From NCBI GenBank assembly GCA_037443035.1, contig JBBIPC010000003.1, positions 122,951 through 186,950 on the forward strand: a stretch of 64,000 bases of DNA, given 5' to 3'. Position 1 is the first letter of the stretch. Every line of letters begins with the position of its first letter. The translations under genes and the position numbers were made by a program. This DNA is from Chthonomonadales bacterium. Its GTDB lineage: Bacteria > Armatimonadota > Chthonomonadetes > Chthonomonadales > CAJBBX01. Shown here piece after piece: positions 38,230-48,869 of this stretch. Under the pieces are notes generated by a model. It worked only from the letters and a program-made list of their open reading frames with translations. It made no database searches and was not told the origin of the DNA.

Positions 38230-40674
38230 ATGCTTCGAACACGAGGGAGAGTATTGGCACTCGGTGCGCTGAGTGTTGGGTTAGTCTGCATCTGGTCCCT
38301 CGCAACCGCTTTGCGGTTGCTGAATGCTCCCGCGGGACCGAATCGCAGTAGGATCGGACAGTATCTCAGCCCCGCCAAGGCCGGCTTCCATCACTGCGCA
38401 CTCATCTATGAACGACAGAGGAGGTCGGCGGAAGACCTGCTCCCGTACGTAGCCCGCGTGCGCGACGGTCAACCCACCGCCTGGCTCTTCGACGCCTTCC
38501 TATTCCTTCGCTTCAACATGCCCGACGGTCGGCGCACGGACGAGAACCCCACAACCTGGAAGGACTGGCTCCGCCATCTCGATGACTGGTTCGCCTCAGG
38601 AAGAGACCTGCACGCTCTCGACGAAGCTATCGAGCGTGCGGCGCAGCGCTTGGGTCCCCCGCCCAGTCCGCGCCTGGTGGTGCTCTCCGTGGCTTACCCC
38701 ATCAGGTCTGTGGAGGACTTCGACTTGATAGAGGAGGGCAGGCCGGTCAGCCTTGCCACCGACCAGGGTGTGGGATCGGCAGTTGGGGCCTACGTCGCGG
38801 AAGCCATCCGGCGATTCACGCACAGCCGGTTCCGACACCTGCAGCTCTGGGGATTCTACTGGATGCGCGAGGAGATCTCGCCACAGGACGAGCCCCGGGT
38901 GCGCGCGGCCGCGCAAGCCATCCACCGGGCTGGCTGCAAGTTGCTGTGGATACCATGGTGGAGGGCGCCCGGCTTCGACCGGTGGCGCGACTGCGGTATC
39001 GATGCCGCCATCCTCCAGCCGAACTACGCTTTCGTTACTCTCACCCACGGCGGTGCAGTACGACGGAACCGCCTTGCGGCGGCGGCCGAGCTTGCACGGA
39101 AGAACGGAATGGGAGTGGAGATCGAAGCAGGAGACGTCGTGCAGAGCCTCGCAGACCGTCAGGCATTCCTCCACTATCTGGCCGATGGCGGACCCGATAG
39201 ACTGGGGTACCGGGAAGGTGCCTGCGCTTACTATCTGGGCGTGGACACTGTGGAGCGTGCAGCGGCAGCACCGAGACCTGAGGTGCGCTACACATACCAG
39301 GCGCTGTCCAACTTCGTTACCGGCAGGTCTGTACCAGACCCCGACCCTCCCCAGACGTGGCGTCGGACGGCAACGGGTTTCACTGCGCGTCTGGCCCGCC
39401 CTGCGCGCGTGCGTGCCCTTGATATCCTCTTCGACGAACCAAGTGCAACTCTGGTCTGGAAGGGACGGGCGGATGTCTATTTCCGGCGGCGACAAGGAGA
39501 TGGATGGAGACCTGCGGGTTGGGCCGTTCGGACACGCCATGACGAGGACGCCGGTCGGTACCAGGTTATGAGCGTACCCGTCTTCGAGGACGTTGCGGCC
39601 CTCGATATCAGGCTCCATCCCCTCTACAGGCGCATGAGGCTGTCCCGCGCTCGTCTAGTGGCAAACTCCGTTGGTCCCGAGGGGCTGCATCGGCATACTG
39701 CCCTCGGAGCCTCGTATACGACGGACCTTACCGCCCGGCGGAAGTACGACGACGATGGCACGAAGCTGACGGACGGCGTCGTACCCGCGGGCGGCTTCGG
39801 CGAGGGTAAGTCGGTCGGGTGGATCGCTCCGCAGGTAGCGGTCTGCTTCGATCTGGCCGCCGTGCACCAGGTGACGCGCGTCGAAGTAGTCTGCCAGGGA
39901 GGATCGGGGGCGTGGGTGAACTGGCCCACCGACGCAGTGGTATTCCTCTCGGAACACGCACTGCCACCGACCACCATGAGCGCAACGGGATCATGGGCCA
40001 AGGATATCCGATGGGAAGCTGCCAGTCCTGTGGAGATCATCCGACGCAGGTCGGCAGTGGACATGGACGGGATACTGCGGTTCTCAGTGTTGCCTACGGC
40101 GCGAGCCCGATACGTCAACGTCCTTCTACGCGGACATGGATGGATCATGCTCTCCGAGGTGCGGATCTTCGACGGCAAAACGAATCTGGCACAAGCTCCG
40201 GGCGTCCACTATACGCTTCGCCCGCTGCCGACAGACGCCCAGACCGAAGGCATCCACTACCCCGATGACGGACTGCGGTTGACCGACGGCATCGTGGCTG
40301 CGACCTTCACCCGGCAACACGTGGTGGGTTGGGACGACGGCCAGCCCAAGACGATCACTGTGGACCTCGGCGTCGCGAAGCTGATCCGCGGCGTCACCGT
40401 GTGGAGTCTGCGCGGCGGCCAGTACGGGATCTTCGCACCCGAGCAGGTCAATGTGGAGGTGTCCACGGATGGGCATAACTGGACCGGCGTAGGCTCGGCT
40501 GAGCGGGCCGATGGTGGTGAAGATGGTAACGAGTGCGTCCCCGCCCCCTATAGAGTAGTCACCACCGCAGATAGACTTCTCAGAGCGCGTTACGTGCGCG
40601 TGCGTATCCGACCGGCCCGCGGCTGGAGTATGGTCAGCGAGGTGGAGGTTGACGGCAGCTCGCTGGCACGTTAG
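38230..40674 (+). CDS. Secreted DUF4855 (glycoside-hydrolase-like) protein with two discoidin/F5-8C-like domains
   Basis: WLFDAFLFL, WGFYWMREE, WIPW, QPNYAF, GVEIE, AYYLG; repeated Y.DDG..LTDG and ARYV.V...W.M.SEV. Confidence 0.75.
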   Translation: MLRTRGRVLALGALSVGLVCIWSLATALRLLNAPAGPNRSRIGQYLSPAKAGFHHCALIYERQRRSAEDLLPYVARVRDGQPTAWLFDAFLFLRFNMPDGRRTDENPTTWKDWLRHLDDWFASGRDLHALDEAIERAAQRLGPPPSPRLVVLSVAYPIRSVEDFDLIEEGRPVSLATDQGVGSAVGAYVAEAIRRFTHSRFRHLQLWGFYWMREEISPQDEPRVRAAAQAIHRAGCKLLWIPWWRAPGFDRWRDCGIDAAILQPNYAFVTLTHGGAVRRNRLAAAAELARKNGMGVEIEAGDVVQSLADRQAFLHYLADGGPDRLGYREGACAYYLGVDTVERAAAAPRPEVRYTYQALSNFVTGRSVPDPDPPQTWRRTATGFTARLARPARVRALDILFDEPSATLVWKGRADVYFRRRQGDGWRPAGWAVRTRHDEDAGRYQVMSVPVFEDVAALDIRLHPLYRRMRLSRARLVANSVGPEGLHRHTALGASYTTDLTARRKYDDDGTKLTDGVVPAGGFGEGKSVGWIAPQVAVCFDLAAVHQVTRVEVVCQGGSGAWVNWPTDAVVFLSEHALPPTTMSATGSWAKDIRWEAASPVEIIRRRSAVDMDGILRFSVLPTARARYVNVLLRGHGWIMLSEVRIFDGKTNLAQAPGVHYTLRPLPTDAQTEGIHYPDDGLRLTDGIVAATFTRQHVVGWDDGQPKTITVDLGVAKLIRGVTVWSLRGGQYGIFAPEQVNVEVSTDGHNWTGVGSAERADGGEDGNECVPAPYRVVTTADRLLRARYVRVRIRPARGWSMVSEVEVDGSSLAR

Positions 40675-40853
40675 CGTAGGACCGCAGAACCGGAATGCTC
40701 GCAGGTGCGGCTGGTGTTACTTTCGGTGCCCGGATGGAACGATGCTGCGACGTCGTTGAACTCTCCTAGATCCGCAGCGTCTATAGGGTTGCGCCGCAGC
40801 CCGACCAAGGGCTTGCGCGGCGCGGATAAGCGGGGCCAGGGAGGGCCAGTACC

Positions 40854-42473
40854 TTGCGCGACATGCAACGATCCACGGATCGGACACAGCGCAATCGCAG
40901 CGGGTTGCCGTCGAATCCGGCACAAGCGCAGAGCGAACGCCGCGCACCGAGCAAAGCGTCTACGTCGAGCATGCCGGAACTGATTCAGCCGTTCGAGTTG
41001 TCCGAGGAATCGGCGCCACGGAGCAAACTCGACGAGCTTACCTTCGCGCATTGGCGACGTGCTGGCGTTACCCCTGCGCGACCTTGCTCCGATGCCGTTT
41101 TCCTCCGACGCGCGTACCTCGATCTCACCGGTACTCTCCCGAGCACCGAGGAAGCACGTGCTTTCCTCCTCGATACCACGCCTGACAAGCGCGCGAGGCT
41201 TCTGGACGCCCTGCTAGCACGACCCGAATACGCTTCCTACTGGTCTCTTCGATGGGGCGATGTCCTCCGCATCAAGTCCGAGTTCCCCATCAATCTTTGG
41301 CCGAACGCGGTCCAAGCCTATCATCGGTGGGTCTACGCGGCCATGCAGAGCAACATGCCGTACGACCGGTTCGTGCGGGCCATGCTCACGGCGACGGGCA
41401 GCAACTTCCGCGTACCGGAGGTGAACTTCTGGCGCGCCGTGCAGAGCCGCGATCCCGAGTCCCTGGCCAGGGCTGTTGCCCTGACGTTCATGGGAGTCCG
41501 CGCGGAACGCTGGCCTCGCCAGCGGCTGCAGGGCATGGCGGCGTTCTTCGCCAAAGTAGCCTACAAGAAGACGCTGGAGTGGAAAGAGGAGATCGTTTAC
41601 TTCGACCCGCGCTTGGAGGCGCCATCTCTGAGGGGCGTGGCACCCACGTTTCCAGACGGTAAGCCCGCCCGCATACCGCCTGGGACGGACCCGCGGGCGG
41701 TCTTCGCCGATTGGTTGCTAGCGTCCGGCAACCCGTGGTTCGCCAAGAGTGCTGTGAACCGGTATTGGTATTGGCTGTTCGGTCGGGGCATCATTCACGA
41801 GGCGGATGACATTCGACCGGACAATCCGCCCTGTAACCCTGCTCTCATCCCATATCTGGAGAAAGAGTTCATCGCAAGCGGCTACGATGTGCGGAAGCTC
41901 CTTAGGCTGATAACCGCTTCGGCCACCTATCAGCTCTCTCCTGTTCCTAGAGGCAAGAGAACTGCTGGCGACACCTGCTTCGCTTCCTACCCACTGCGGC
42001 GTCTCGAAGCAGAGGTACTCATAGACGCCATAGATCAGGTGACGGGTTCGATGGAGTCCTATTCCAGTCCCATACCCGAGCCGTTCACCTTCGTCCCCGA
42101 AAGCGAAAGGACCATCGCCTTGGCCGACGGCAGCATCACAAGCTCCTTCCTCGATCTGTTCGGACGACCCGCCCGGGATAACGGCTATCTCTCCGAGCGT
42201 AACATAGCACCATCGGCTGCCCAAAGATTGCATATGATCAACTCCAGCCACATCCAGCGGAAGCTCGAGCAGAGTGTTGTGCTGCGAGGTATTCTCCGCT
42301 CTCGGCTGCCACGGCAGGTAGTCACGCAGCTTTACCTGACCATCCTGTCGCGCTATCCCACCAGCGGAGAGATGGCAACGGCCTTGGAGTACTTGCGAAC
42401 GGGCGGGTTGAACGGCGGTTTGGACCTTGCCTGGGCACTCCTCAACAGCGCCGAGTTCACCTACCGGCACTGA
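40854..42473 (+). CDS. DUF1549 + DUF1553 domain protein (planctomycete-type)
   Basis: SDAVFLRRAYLDLTG, NMPYDRFVRAML, NPWFAKSAVNRYW..LFGRG, DNPP.NP, RRLEAEVLIDAI, DLAWALLNSAEF; start uncertain. Confidence 0.88.
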   Translation: MRDMQRSTDRTQRNRSGLPSNPAQAQSERRAPSKASTSSMPELIQPFELSEESAPRSKLDELTFAHWRRAGVTPARPCSDAVFLRRAYLDLTGTLPSTEEARAFLLDTTPDKRARLLDALLARPEYASYWSLRWGDVLRIKSEFPINLWPNAVQAYHRWVYAAMQSNMPYDRFVRAMLTATGSNFRVPEVNFWRAVQSRDPESLARAVALTFMGVRAERWPRQRLQGMAAFFAKVAYKKTLEWKEEIVYFDPRLEAPSLRGVAPTFPDGKPARIPPGTDPRAVFADWLLASGNPWFAKSAVNRYWYWLFGRGIIHEADDIRPDNPPCNPALIPYLEKEFIASGYDVRKLLRLITASATYQLSPVPRGKRTAGDTCFASYPLRRLEAEVLIDAIDQVTGSMESYSSPIPEPFTFVPESERTIALADGSITSSFLDLFGRPARDNGYLSERNIAPSAAQRLHMINSSHIQRKLEQSVVLRGILRSRLPRQVVTQLYLTILSRYPTSGEMATALEYLRTGGLNGGLDLAWALLNSAEFTYRH

Positions 42474-42502
42474 GACCCCGCGGCCAGAAAGGAATGCCAA
42501 CC

Positions 42503-43837
42503 ATGACAAACGGCATACGCGTTACACGTAGGGAAGCTCTGACCGGCGGCCTTGTTGCCGCGGCCACAGGAGTGATCGTGCCGGATGCGTTGGCCTATGC
42601 CGTCGAGCGGAGCCAATCGCAGCGCAAGGCGCCAGCCAGGTCGGTCATCCAGGTCTGGCTGTGGGGCGGACCGGCACACATGGACACCTTCGATCCGAAG
42701 CCCAACTCCGGCTCGGATTACACGGGTCCCTTCACGAAGCCCATCGCCACGAATGTGGACGGCATTCAGATCAACGAACTGCTCACAGAACTGGCAAAGG
42801 TGGCGGACAAGTACTCCATTATCCGCAGCATGACACACGGCAACAACGCACACGAAACGGCCGCCTACATTACCCAGACTGGCCGGATGCCAGGCGGGAG
42901 GATCGTCTTCCCAGGCGTTGGCGCTGTCGTAACCCTGTTCAAGGGCTACGACGCTGGCTACAAGGGGTTGATACCGCCTTACATCGTTCTCACACAGCTC
43001 CAGGGACGCTTTTCCGAAGTGGGATTCCTGGGCACGAAAGTGAAGCCTTTCGCCACTGGAGGGGATCCAGCCCAGCAGCGATTCGTCGTGGAAGGCATCG
43101 TCTCGCAGAGCATCAGCGATGCACGTCAGCAGCAGCGGCGCGAACTCCTTCACCGGCTGGACACGCTCGCTCTGGCCCTGAAGGACGATCCGAATATCGT
43201 CGCCTACGGCCAATGCGAGGCGCAAGCGTATGACATGATCCTTGGCGAGGGTCGCAAGATCTTCGATCTCTCGCAGGAGAAGGACGACTTGCGTGCTCAG
43301 TACGGGAGGACAACGTTCGGCCAGTCTTGCCTCATGGCCCGGCGACTTGTCGAGCAGGGCGTGCCCTTCGTGACGATCAACTCCCAAGGATGGGATACGC
43401 ACAAGGAGCACTTCCAGACAATGCGGCGGAAGCTGCCCGAGCTGGACAAAGGACTGGCGGCCTTGCTCAAGGACTTGTCGGACCGGGGGTTGCTGGACAG
43501 CACCATCGTCTGGGTAAGCGGCGAGTTCGGTCGCACACCCAAAGTTCAGTGGGAACCTCCGTGGAACGGTGGTCGAGGCCACTGGGGGCCGGTATTCTCT
43601 GCACTCGTGGCGGGTGGTGGTTTCAAAGGAGGTCATGTGGTCGGAGCCTCGGACGCAGTGGCTGCGGAGGTGAAGGACCGTCCCGTCTACCCGTGGGACC
43701 TGTTACAGAGCATGTACATGCTCCTCGGTATCGATCCGGCCGCCAAACTGCCCCATCCCCAGGGCCTGGATGTGCGAGTCAGCCCGACAAAGGAGGAAGG
43801 GTTGAAGTCGGGAGGACCTCTTATGGAGATCATGTGA
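42503..43837 (+). CDS. DUF1501 protein with a twin-arginine signal
   Basis: TRREAL, SVIQVWLWGGPAHMDTFDPKP, FGQSCLMARRLVE.GV, GWDTH, GEFGRTP, GRGHW. Confidence 0.92.
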   Translation: MTNGIRVTRREALTGGLVAAATGVIVPDALAYAVERSQSQRKAPARSVIQVWLWGGPAHMDTFDPKPNSGSDYTGPFTKPIATNVDGIQINELLTELAKVADKYSIIRSMTHGNNAHETAAYITQTGRMPGGRIVFPGVGAVVTLFKGYDAGYKGLIPPYIVLTQLQGRFSEVGFLGTKVKPFATGGDPAQQRFVVEGIVSQSISDARQQQRRELLHRLDTLALALKDDPNIVAYGQCEAQAYDMILGEGRKIFDLSQEKDDLRAQYGRTTFGQSCLMARRLVEQGVPFVTINSQGWDTHKEHFQTMRRKLPELDKGLAALLKDLSDRGLLDSTIVWVSGEFGRTPKVQWEPPWNGGRGHWGPVFSALVAGGGFKGGHVVGASDAVAAEVKDRPVYPWDLLQSMYMLLGIDPAAKLPHPQGLDVRVSPTKEEGLKSGGPLMEIM

Positions 43838-46095
43838 TGAGACGACGGGCATGGATCAGGGGCACGGTGGCTTTCTGGCTGCTCTGGGCATTCGCTCCAT
43901 ACGCGACCGCTCAGCAGGCGAGCCGCAAGCCGCAGATCGGCTATGTCTTTCCTGCGGGCGGCCAGCGCGGAACGACAGTGGAGGCGGTCGTCGGCGGGCA
44001 GATACTGGGCGGAGCGAACGGTGTCCTTGTTTCTGGCACTGGCATCCGGGCGAGCGTAGTCGGTTACAAGCGCCCCCTCACCATCGGCGAAGTCAACCGG
44101 CTGCGAGAGCGGCTGGAGGAAGCACGGAAGAAGATTGACCCTACTGCTACGGGTCCTTTGCGCCCACGGGACTTCCTCAACCTACGTGAGATCGCTCGCG
44201 AGGCTGGTATAACCGACGAGCAACTGCGAGCGCTGGAGGAGTTCCGCCGGCGACGTACCGACCCCAAGCGGCAGCCGAATCCACAGATCGAAGAAGAGGT
44301 GCGGGTCAGCATCGAGATCGGTGCCGATGCGGAGCCGGGTATCCACGAACTGCGCATCGTAACGCCCATCGGAATGACGAACCCCCTGCGATTCGTGGTC
44401 GGTACGCTGCCGGAGATTACCGAGGTGGAGCCCAACGACCGGGTGGCAGACAGTTCCCTCGGTGAGAGACTGCCAGCGGTGATCAATGGACAGATCATGC
44501 CGGGCGACGTGGACCGATTCAGTTTCCGTGCACGCAAGGGGACGAAGCTTGTGGCAGCCGTGCAGGCGCGGGAACTCATACCCTACCTTGCCGATGCCGT
44601 GCCGGGTTGGTTCCAGGCCGTGCTGGCCATCTACGACGCCAAGGGACGGGAATTGGCGTACGAAGACGACTTCCAGTTCCGACCCGATCCCCTCTGCCGC
44701 GTCGTGATTCCGGAAGACGGTGAGTTCACCCTCGTTATCCGGGATTCCATCTATCGAGGGCGCGAGGACTTCGTCTATCGGATCACTCTCGGCGAAGTGC
44801 CCTGCATCACCGGCATGTTCCCGCTCGGTGTAGCGAAGGGTAGTCGCATCCCCGCTAAGCTCCTGGGGTGGAACCTGCCATCTTCGACAGTGATGTTGGA
44901 TGGCAACCAGGATGGCGTGCGCTCGCTCCGGGTCGAAGCTGCTGGCGCGTACTCCAACGAGGTTACCTATCGCGTCGACAGCCTCCCGGAAGTCTCGGAG
45001 AAGGAACCGAACGACACCATCGCCACTGCGCAGAAGGTCAAGCAACCGCTCATTGTGAATGGCCAGATCAGCAAGCCAGGTGACCGCGACGTGTTCCGTA
45101 TTGCAGGTCACAAGGGAGATCGTCTGGTGGCGGACGTCATGGCTCGACGCTTGGGATCTCCAGCGGATGCACAGCTCGTGCTCACCGATAGCAAAGGACG
45201 GCAGGTGGCGTTCAACGACGATACGGAGGACAAGGGCGCCGGCCTGATTACGCACCATGCGGACCCCTATATCTCCGTGACGCTACCAGCAGACGGTGTC
45301 TATTTCCTGCGCATCACTGACACAGAGGGCAAGGGTGGCCCTGAGTACTCCTATCGTCTCCGCATCAGCGCGCCCCAGCCCGATTTCGAGCTTCGCGTCG
45401 TGCCGTCCGGTCTCTGGGCTAGAGCGGGCATGACGGTGCCGGTAAGCGTCTGGGCTATCCGGCGCGATGGATTCGACGGTCCCATAGACGTGTCGCTCGA
45501 AGGAGCACCGCCCGGGTTCGTCCTCAGTGGCAATCGCATACCTGCTGGGCTGGACCGCGTCACGATGACACTGAGCTGCGCTCCCAGTGCCCAGGTGGGT
45601 CCGCTGACGCTCCGGATGGTGGGAACCGCCACCGTCGGTGGCCGGCAGATCCAGCACTACGCAGTACCAGCGGAGGAGATGATGCAGGCATTCGCCTACA
45701 CTCACCTCGTACCAACAGATTCATGGCTGGTGCGCGTCGTCGGACGGGCCTTTGCTCGTCCGCCTCGACCCTTCAGTCCCGACGAGCCTGTGCGCATACC
45801 ATTGGGCGGCTCCGTTGCCGTGCGTGTACCCATCCCGACGGGGCCGTTCAACCGACAGATGACGCTGGAACTGGAGGAGGCACCGGCCGGTGTGACGCTG
45901 GAGAAGACCGACGCGGCCACGTCAACGATCACCATCCGCTGCGATCCCAAGACGGCCAAAGTTGGCACTCGGGGCAACTTGATCCTTGCGGGCTACATGG
46001 CACGCCAGGCTGTGGCACGCGCCGCGCGTCAGGCGCCACAGCGCTTTCTCGCAGGGTACGTGCCGGCGATACCCTTCGAGATCGTCCGGCCGTAG
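43837..46095 (+). CDS. Secreted PPC (pre-peptidase C-terminal) domain repeat protein
   Basis: Signal peptide; YVFPAGGQRGTTVE, E.EPND twice, INGQI..PGD.D.F twice, YRLRI...QPDFEL. Confidence 0.85.
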   Translation: MRRRAWIRGTVAFWLLWAFAPYATAQQASRKPQIGYVFPAGGQRGTTVEAVVGGQILGGANGVLVSGTGIRASVVGYKRPLTIGEVNRLRERLEEARKKIDPTATGPLRPRDFLNLREIAREAGITDEQLRALEEFRRRRTDPKRQPNPQIEEEVRVSIEIGADAEPGIHELRIVTPIGMTNPLRFVVGTLPEITEVEPNDRVADSSLGERLPAVINGQIMPGDVDRFSFRARKGTKLVAAVQARELIPYLADAVPGWFQAVLAIYDAKGRELAYEDDFQFRPDPLCRVVIPEDGEFTLVIRDSIYRGREDFVYRITLGEVPCITGMFPLGVAKGSRIPAKLLGWNLPSSTVMLDGNQDGVRSLRVEAAGAYSNEVTYRVDSLPEVSEKEPNDTIATAQKVKQPLIVNGQISKPGDRDVFRIAGHKGDRLVADVMARRLGSPADAQLVLTDSKGRQVAFNDDTEDKGAGLITHHADPYISVTLPADGVYFLRITDTEGKGGPEYSYRLRISAPQPDFELRVVPSGLWARAGMTVPVSVWAIRRDGFDGPIDVSLEGAPPGFVLSGNRIPAGLDRVTMTLSCAPSAQVGPLTLRMVGTATVGGRQIQHYAVPAEEMMQAFAYTHLVPTDSWLVRVVGRAFARPPRPFSPDEPVRIPLGGSVAVRVPIPTGPFNRQMTLELEEAPAGVTLEKTDAATSTITIRCDPKTAKVGTRGNLILAGYMARQAVARAARQAPQRFLAGYVPAIPFEIVRP

Positions 46096-46115
46096 TTCCG
46101 CGATGGGACCTGGGC

Positions 46116-47324
46116 TCAGGGGACGAGACGGATCTTGAAGCAGTCCTTGACGCTCTTGCTGGGCGACAGCGCATAGACCCGCCATCGGATGGTTATCGAA
46201 GAACCCACCGACATCTCCAGAGGCTTGGCACCTGGCCGGTATTCGGCGCCAGCCACACGATAGTCCGCGCCGTCGGGAGTGGGCTGCTGCGTCTGCAACC
46301 AATCACCGAATGGAGGCCGCGCGGGCCATATTACCCCGGTGGTGATGTCACCCCAGCGCACTGCCTGGTGGATTCCCAAGCCCATGGCCGATGGTTCGAG
46401 AACCTCGCTGGCCGCCGCACCGAAACTGCCTTCGCCGATGAGAAAACGTGTGGTTCGCAAGCCGTGCAAGAGCATGCGGCGGCGCGGGGCCAAGGTGACG
46501 CGGATATCCATTACCGAGGACCCTGCATGGATGGTGCAGTCGGCCGTAGCTCGCCACCGAACGCCAATCTGACCGGCGATCTGCAGCGATGCCTCCTTCG
46601 AATCTGCTCTCGCGCTACAACGTTTGACCTTGAGGGCCTCCCACCACGGTTCCTGATACGGCTCTCCCGATAGGACCTCGATCATCGGAAGTGCAACTCC
46701 TACCTGCCGCCAGCCGCCTGGCGTCTTTCTCCAAACGAAAGCTGCGGCCATCTCGCTCAGGGTGGGCACTACTTTCAGGCGCACGAAGCCGTTCTCGATC
46801 CAACCGGTGTCCGTAGTAGCTCGAGCTGCAGGTAGGGGCTTCGCCGGACCTGGACTGCCGAAGGCCCCTGGACTATCGGCGAAGTGCTGGATGGCCAGCA
46901 GCCGTATCTGGGGCATGCAATCCTGTCGTTCTAGAACGAGCGCTGCCACGAGCGGTGCGTCTGGTGATGTCGGCTGCACCTTCCACCTGTATGTGGCTGT
47001 CGCGTCAGGTTCCAGAGTAGGCAGACGGACAATCGTGGCACCCTCCAAGTAGTCAAGGCCAGCGATGGCGTACATGCGCAGCGTCACCGTCTCCGCCGGC
47101 AATGCCGCTGTGCCCTCGTTGCGAACAGTGCCGACCAGAGTGATGGTCTGAACGCCGACTGCGTAGGCCCGGGTTGCGCCGAAGCTGGTCAGCTCTAGTT
47201 TGAAGCCGGCGGATCCCTCCCCGGCGAGAGGCTGCCGAGGCGCTGTTCGCTGGGCGGATACGGTGGCTCCCCCAAGAAGGCAGACTACGGAGAGGGGCAG
47301 CAACGAGCGTCTGAGAAAGGTCAT
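46116..47324 (-). CDS. Secreted hypothetical protein
   Basis: Signal peptide MTFLRRSLLPLSVVCLLGGATVSA; SD AGGAAG; ATGA overlap with tgt. Confidence 0.7.
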   Translation of the reverse strand: MTFLRRSLLPLSVVCLLGGATVSAQRTAPRQPLAGEGSAGFKLELTSFGATRAYAVGVQTITLVGTVRNEGTAALPAETVTLRMYAIAGLDYLEGATIVRLPTLEPDATATYRWKVQPTSPDAPLVAALVLERQDCMPQIRLLAIQHFADSPGAFGSPGPAKPLPAARATTDTGWIENGFVRLKVVPTLSEMAAAFVWRKTPGGWRQVGVALPMIEVLSGEPYQEPWWEALKVKRCSARADSKEASLQIAGQIGVRWRATADCTIHAGSSVMDIRVTLAPRRRMLLHGLRTTRFLIGEGSFGAAASEVLEPSAMGLGIHQAVRWGDITTGVIWPARPPFGDWLQTQQPTPDGADYRVAGAEYRPGAKPLEMSVGSSITIRWRVYALSPSKSVKDCFKIRLVP

Positions 47325-48460
47325 CGTGGGCTTCCTTGAGGGTAGCCCGCGTGTATCTCGCCAGCGAGGGATTCCAGTGTGTCCGTCGCGATGGCCTCTC
47401 GAATGCGTTCCATGAGGTGGGCGTAGAAAGCCAGGTTATGGTGCGTGGCCAAAATCGGGCCCAGCATCTCCCGCGTGAGGAAGAGATGACGCAGGTAGGC
47501 GCGCGAGTGGCTCGTGCACACGTAGCAGCCGCAGCGTGGATCCACTGGCGTATCGTCCTCCGCGTATCGAGCGTTGCGCAGATTCAGAACGCCCTGGCTG
47601 GTAAATACTTGTCCAGTCCGTCCATTGCGAGTAGGCAGCACACAGTCGAACATGTCCACACCGCGCATGGCAGCATCGAGAATGTCGGCTGGCGTCCCCA
47701 CACCCATGAGGTACCGCGGCTTCTCCTTGGGGAGGATGGCCGTGCACCAGGCTACGCATGCGTTTCGGGTTTCCCTGTCTTCGCCGACCGCTAGACCGCC
47801 GATGGCATAACCGGGTAGGTCTAGCTCTACCATGAACCGTGCGCTGGCCTCCCGTAGGTGTCTGTAGGTGGCTCCTTGTACGATACCGAACAGGGCCTGC
47901 GGCCACCCCCCTGCCGCACGTCCACCGCTGCTCTCATGAGCGGTGTGGCAGCGCACCGCCCACCGATGGGTCCGCTCCATCGCCTGCGTCGCATATTCAA
48001 GATCGCAGGGATAGGGCACACACTCATCGAACGCCATGATGATGTCGGCACCAAGGTTCCGCTGGATCTCCATGACGGATTCCGGGCTGAAGTAGATGGG
48101 GGAGCCGTCCACATGCGATCGGAAACGGATGCCATCCTCCTCGACACGACGTAGTTCGGCCAGGCTGAAGACCTGGTATCCGCCGCTGTCCGTGAGCAGT
48201 GCGCCGCTCCATCCCGTGAACCGATGCAAGCCACCCATGCGAGCGATAAGCTGATCGCCTGGGCGAAGATGAAGATGATAGGTATTCGCTAGGACGAGGC
48301 CGTATCCCAGCGCCTGGAGGTCCCCGGCGCAGGCGCCTTTCACCGTTCCCTGAGTACCCACTGGCATGAAACAAGGTGTCCGAACGGTGGCGTGGGGTAG
48401 ACGAAGAATGCCCGCGCGAGCCTCGCATGCGGTACTCCGTGCGGCCAGGGAGAACTCCAT
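47321..48460 (-). CDS. tgt: tRNA-guanine transglycosylase
   Basis: TPCFMPVGTQGTVK, NTYHL, LTDSGGYQVFSL, FGIVQG, PRYLMGVG, DMFDCVLPTRNGR, CGCYVC zinc site. Confidence 0.97.
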   Translation of the reverse strand: MEFSLAARSTACEARAGILRLPHATVRTPCFMPVGTQGTVKGACAGDLQALGYGLVLANTYHLHLRPGDQLIARMGGLHRFTGWSGALLTDSGGYQVFSLAELRRVEEDGIRFRSHVDGSPIYFSPESVMEIQRNLGADIIMAFDECVPYPCDLEYATQAMERTHRWAVRCHTAHESSGGRAAGGWPQALFGIVQGATYRHLREASARFMVELDLPGYAIGGLAVGEDRETRNACVAWCTAILPKEKPRYLMGVGTPADILDAAMRGVDMFDCVLPTRNGRTGQVFTSQGVLNLRNARYAEDDTPVDPRCGCYVCTSHSRAYLRHLFLTREMLGPILATHHNLAFYAHLMERIREAIATDTLESLAGEIHAGYPQGSPR

Positions 48461-48550
48461 AGTGCGGTGAATGCTCGAGGGCTGCATGAACAGGTTAGTG
48501 CGTGGATAAGGCCGCCGCCAGATACACTGGCATGCGGCCCCCTGCACCAG

Positions 48551-48622
<72 letters not shown>

Positions 48623-48637
48623 CGGTAGACATGGCGC

Positions 48638-48702
48638 TTTATACCCGCGGGGACTCCTCCGAGTCAACGCGCCACTGGTACGCGCAAGTACTGTGCTATA
48701 AT
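48638..48702. promoter_or_regulatory. Divergent promoters for tRNA-Arg/tgt (-) and the rpmH operon (+)
   Basis: Minus strand TTGACT-N18-TATAAA; plus strand extended -10 TGcTATAAT at 48694-48702. Confidence 0.65.
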
Positions 48703-48734
48703 GTCTGCGCACTGAAGGTGGAGGATCGGAGAGA

Positions 48735-48869
48735 GTGAAGCGGACCTACCAACCCAAGAACCGACGCCACAAGAGGGTTCACGGGTTCCTGAAACGAATG
48801 GCCACGAAGGATGGCCGCAATGTGCTCAAGGCGCGTCGCCTCAAGGGACGACACCGCCTCACCGTGTGA
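48735..48869 (+). CDS. rpmH: 50S ribosomal protein L34 (absent from the ORF track)
   Basis: Manual translation: [44 protein letters not shown]. Confidence 0.97.
   Translation: MKRTYQPKNRRHKRVHGFLKRMATKDGRNVLKARRLKGRHRLTV

Noticed and set aside
48501..48510. DnaA-box-like TTATCCACG (minus strand) near rpmH
   Set aside because: Single imperfect box, no cluster, no AT-rich unwinding element and no dnaA
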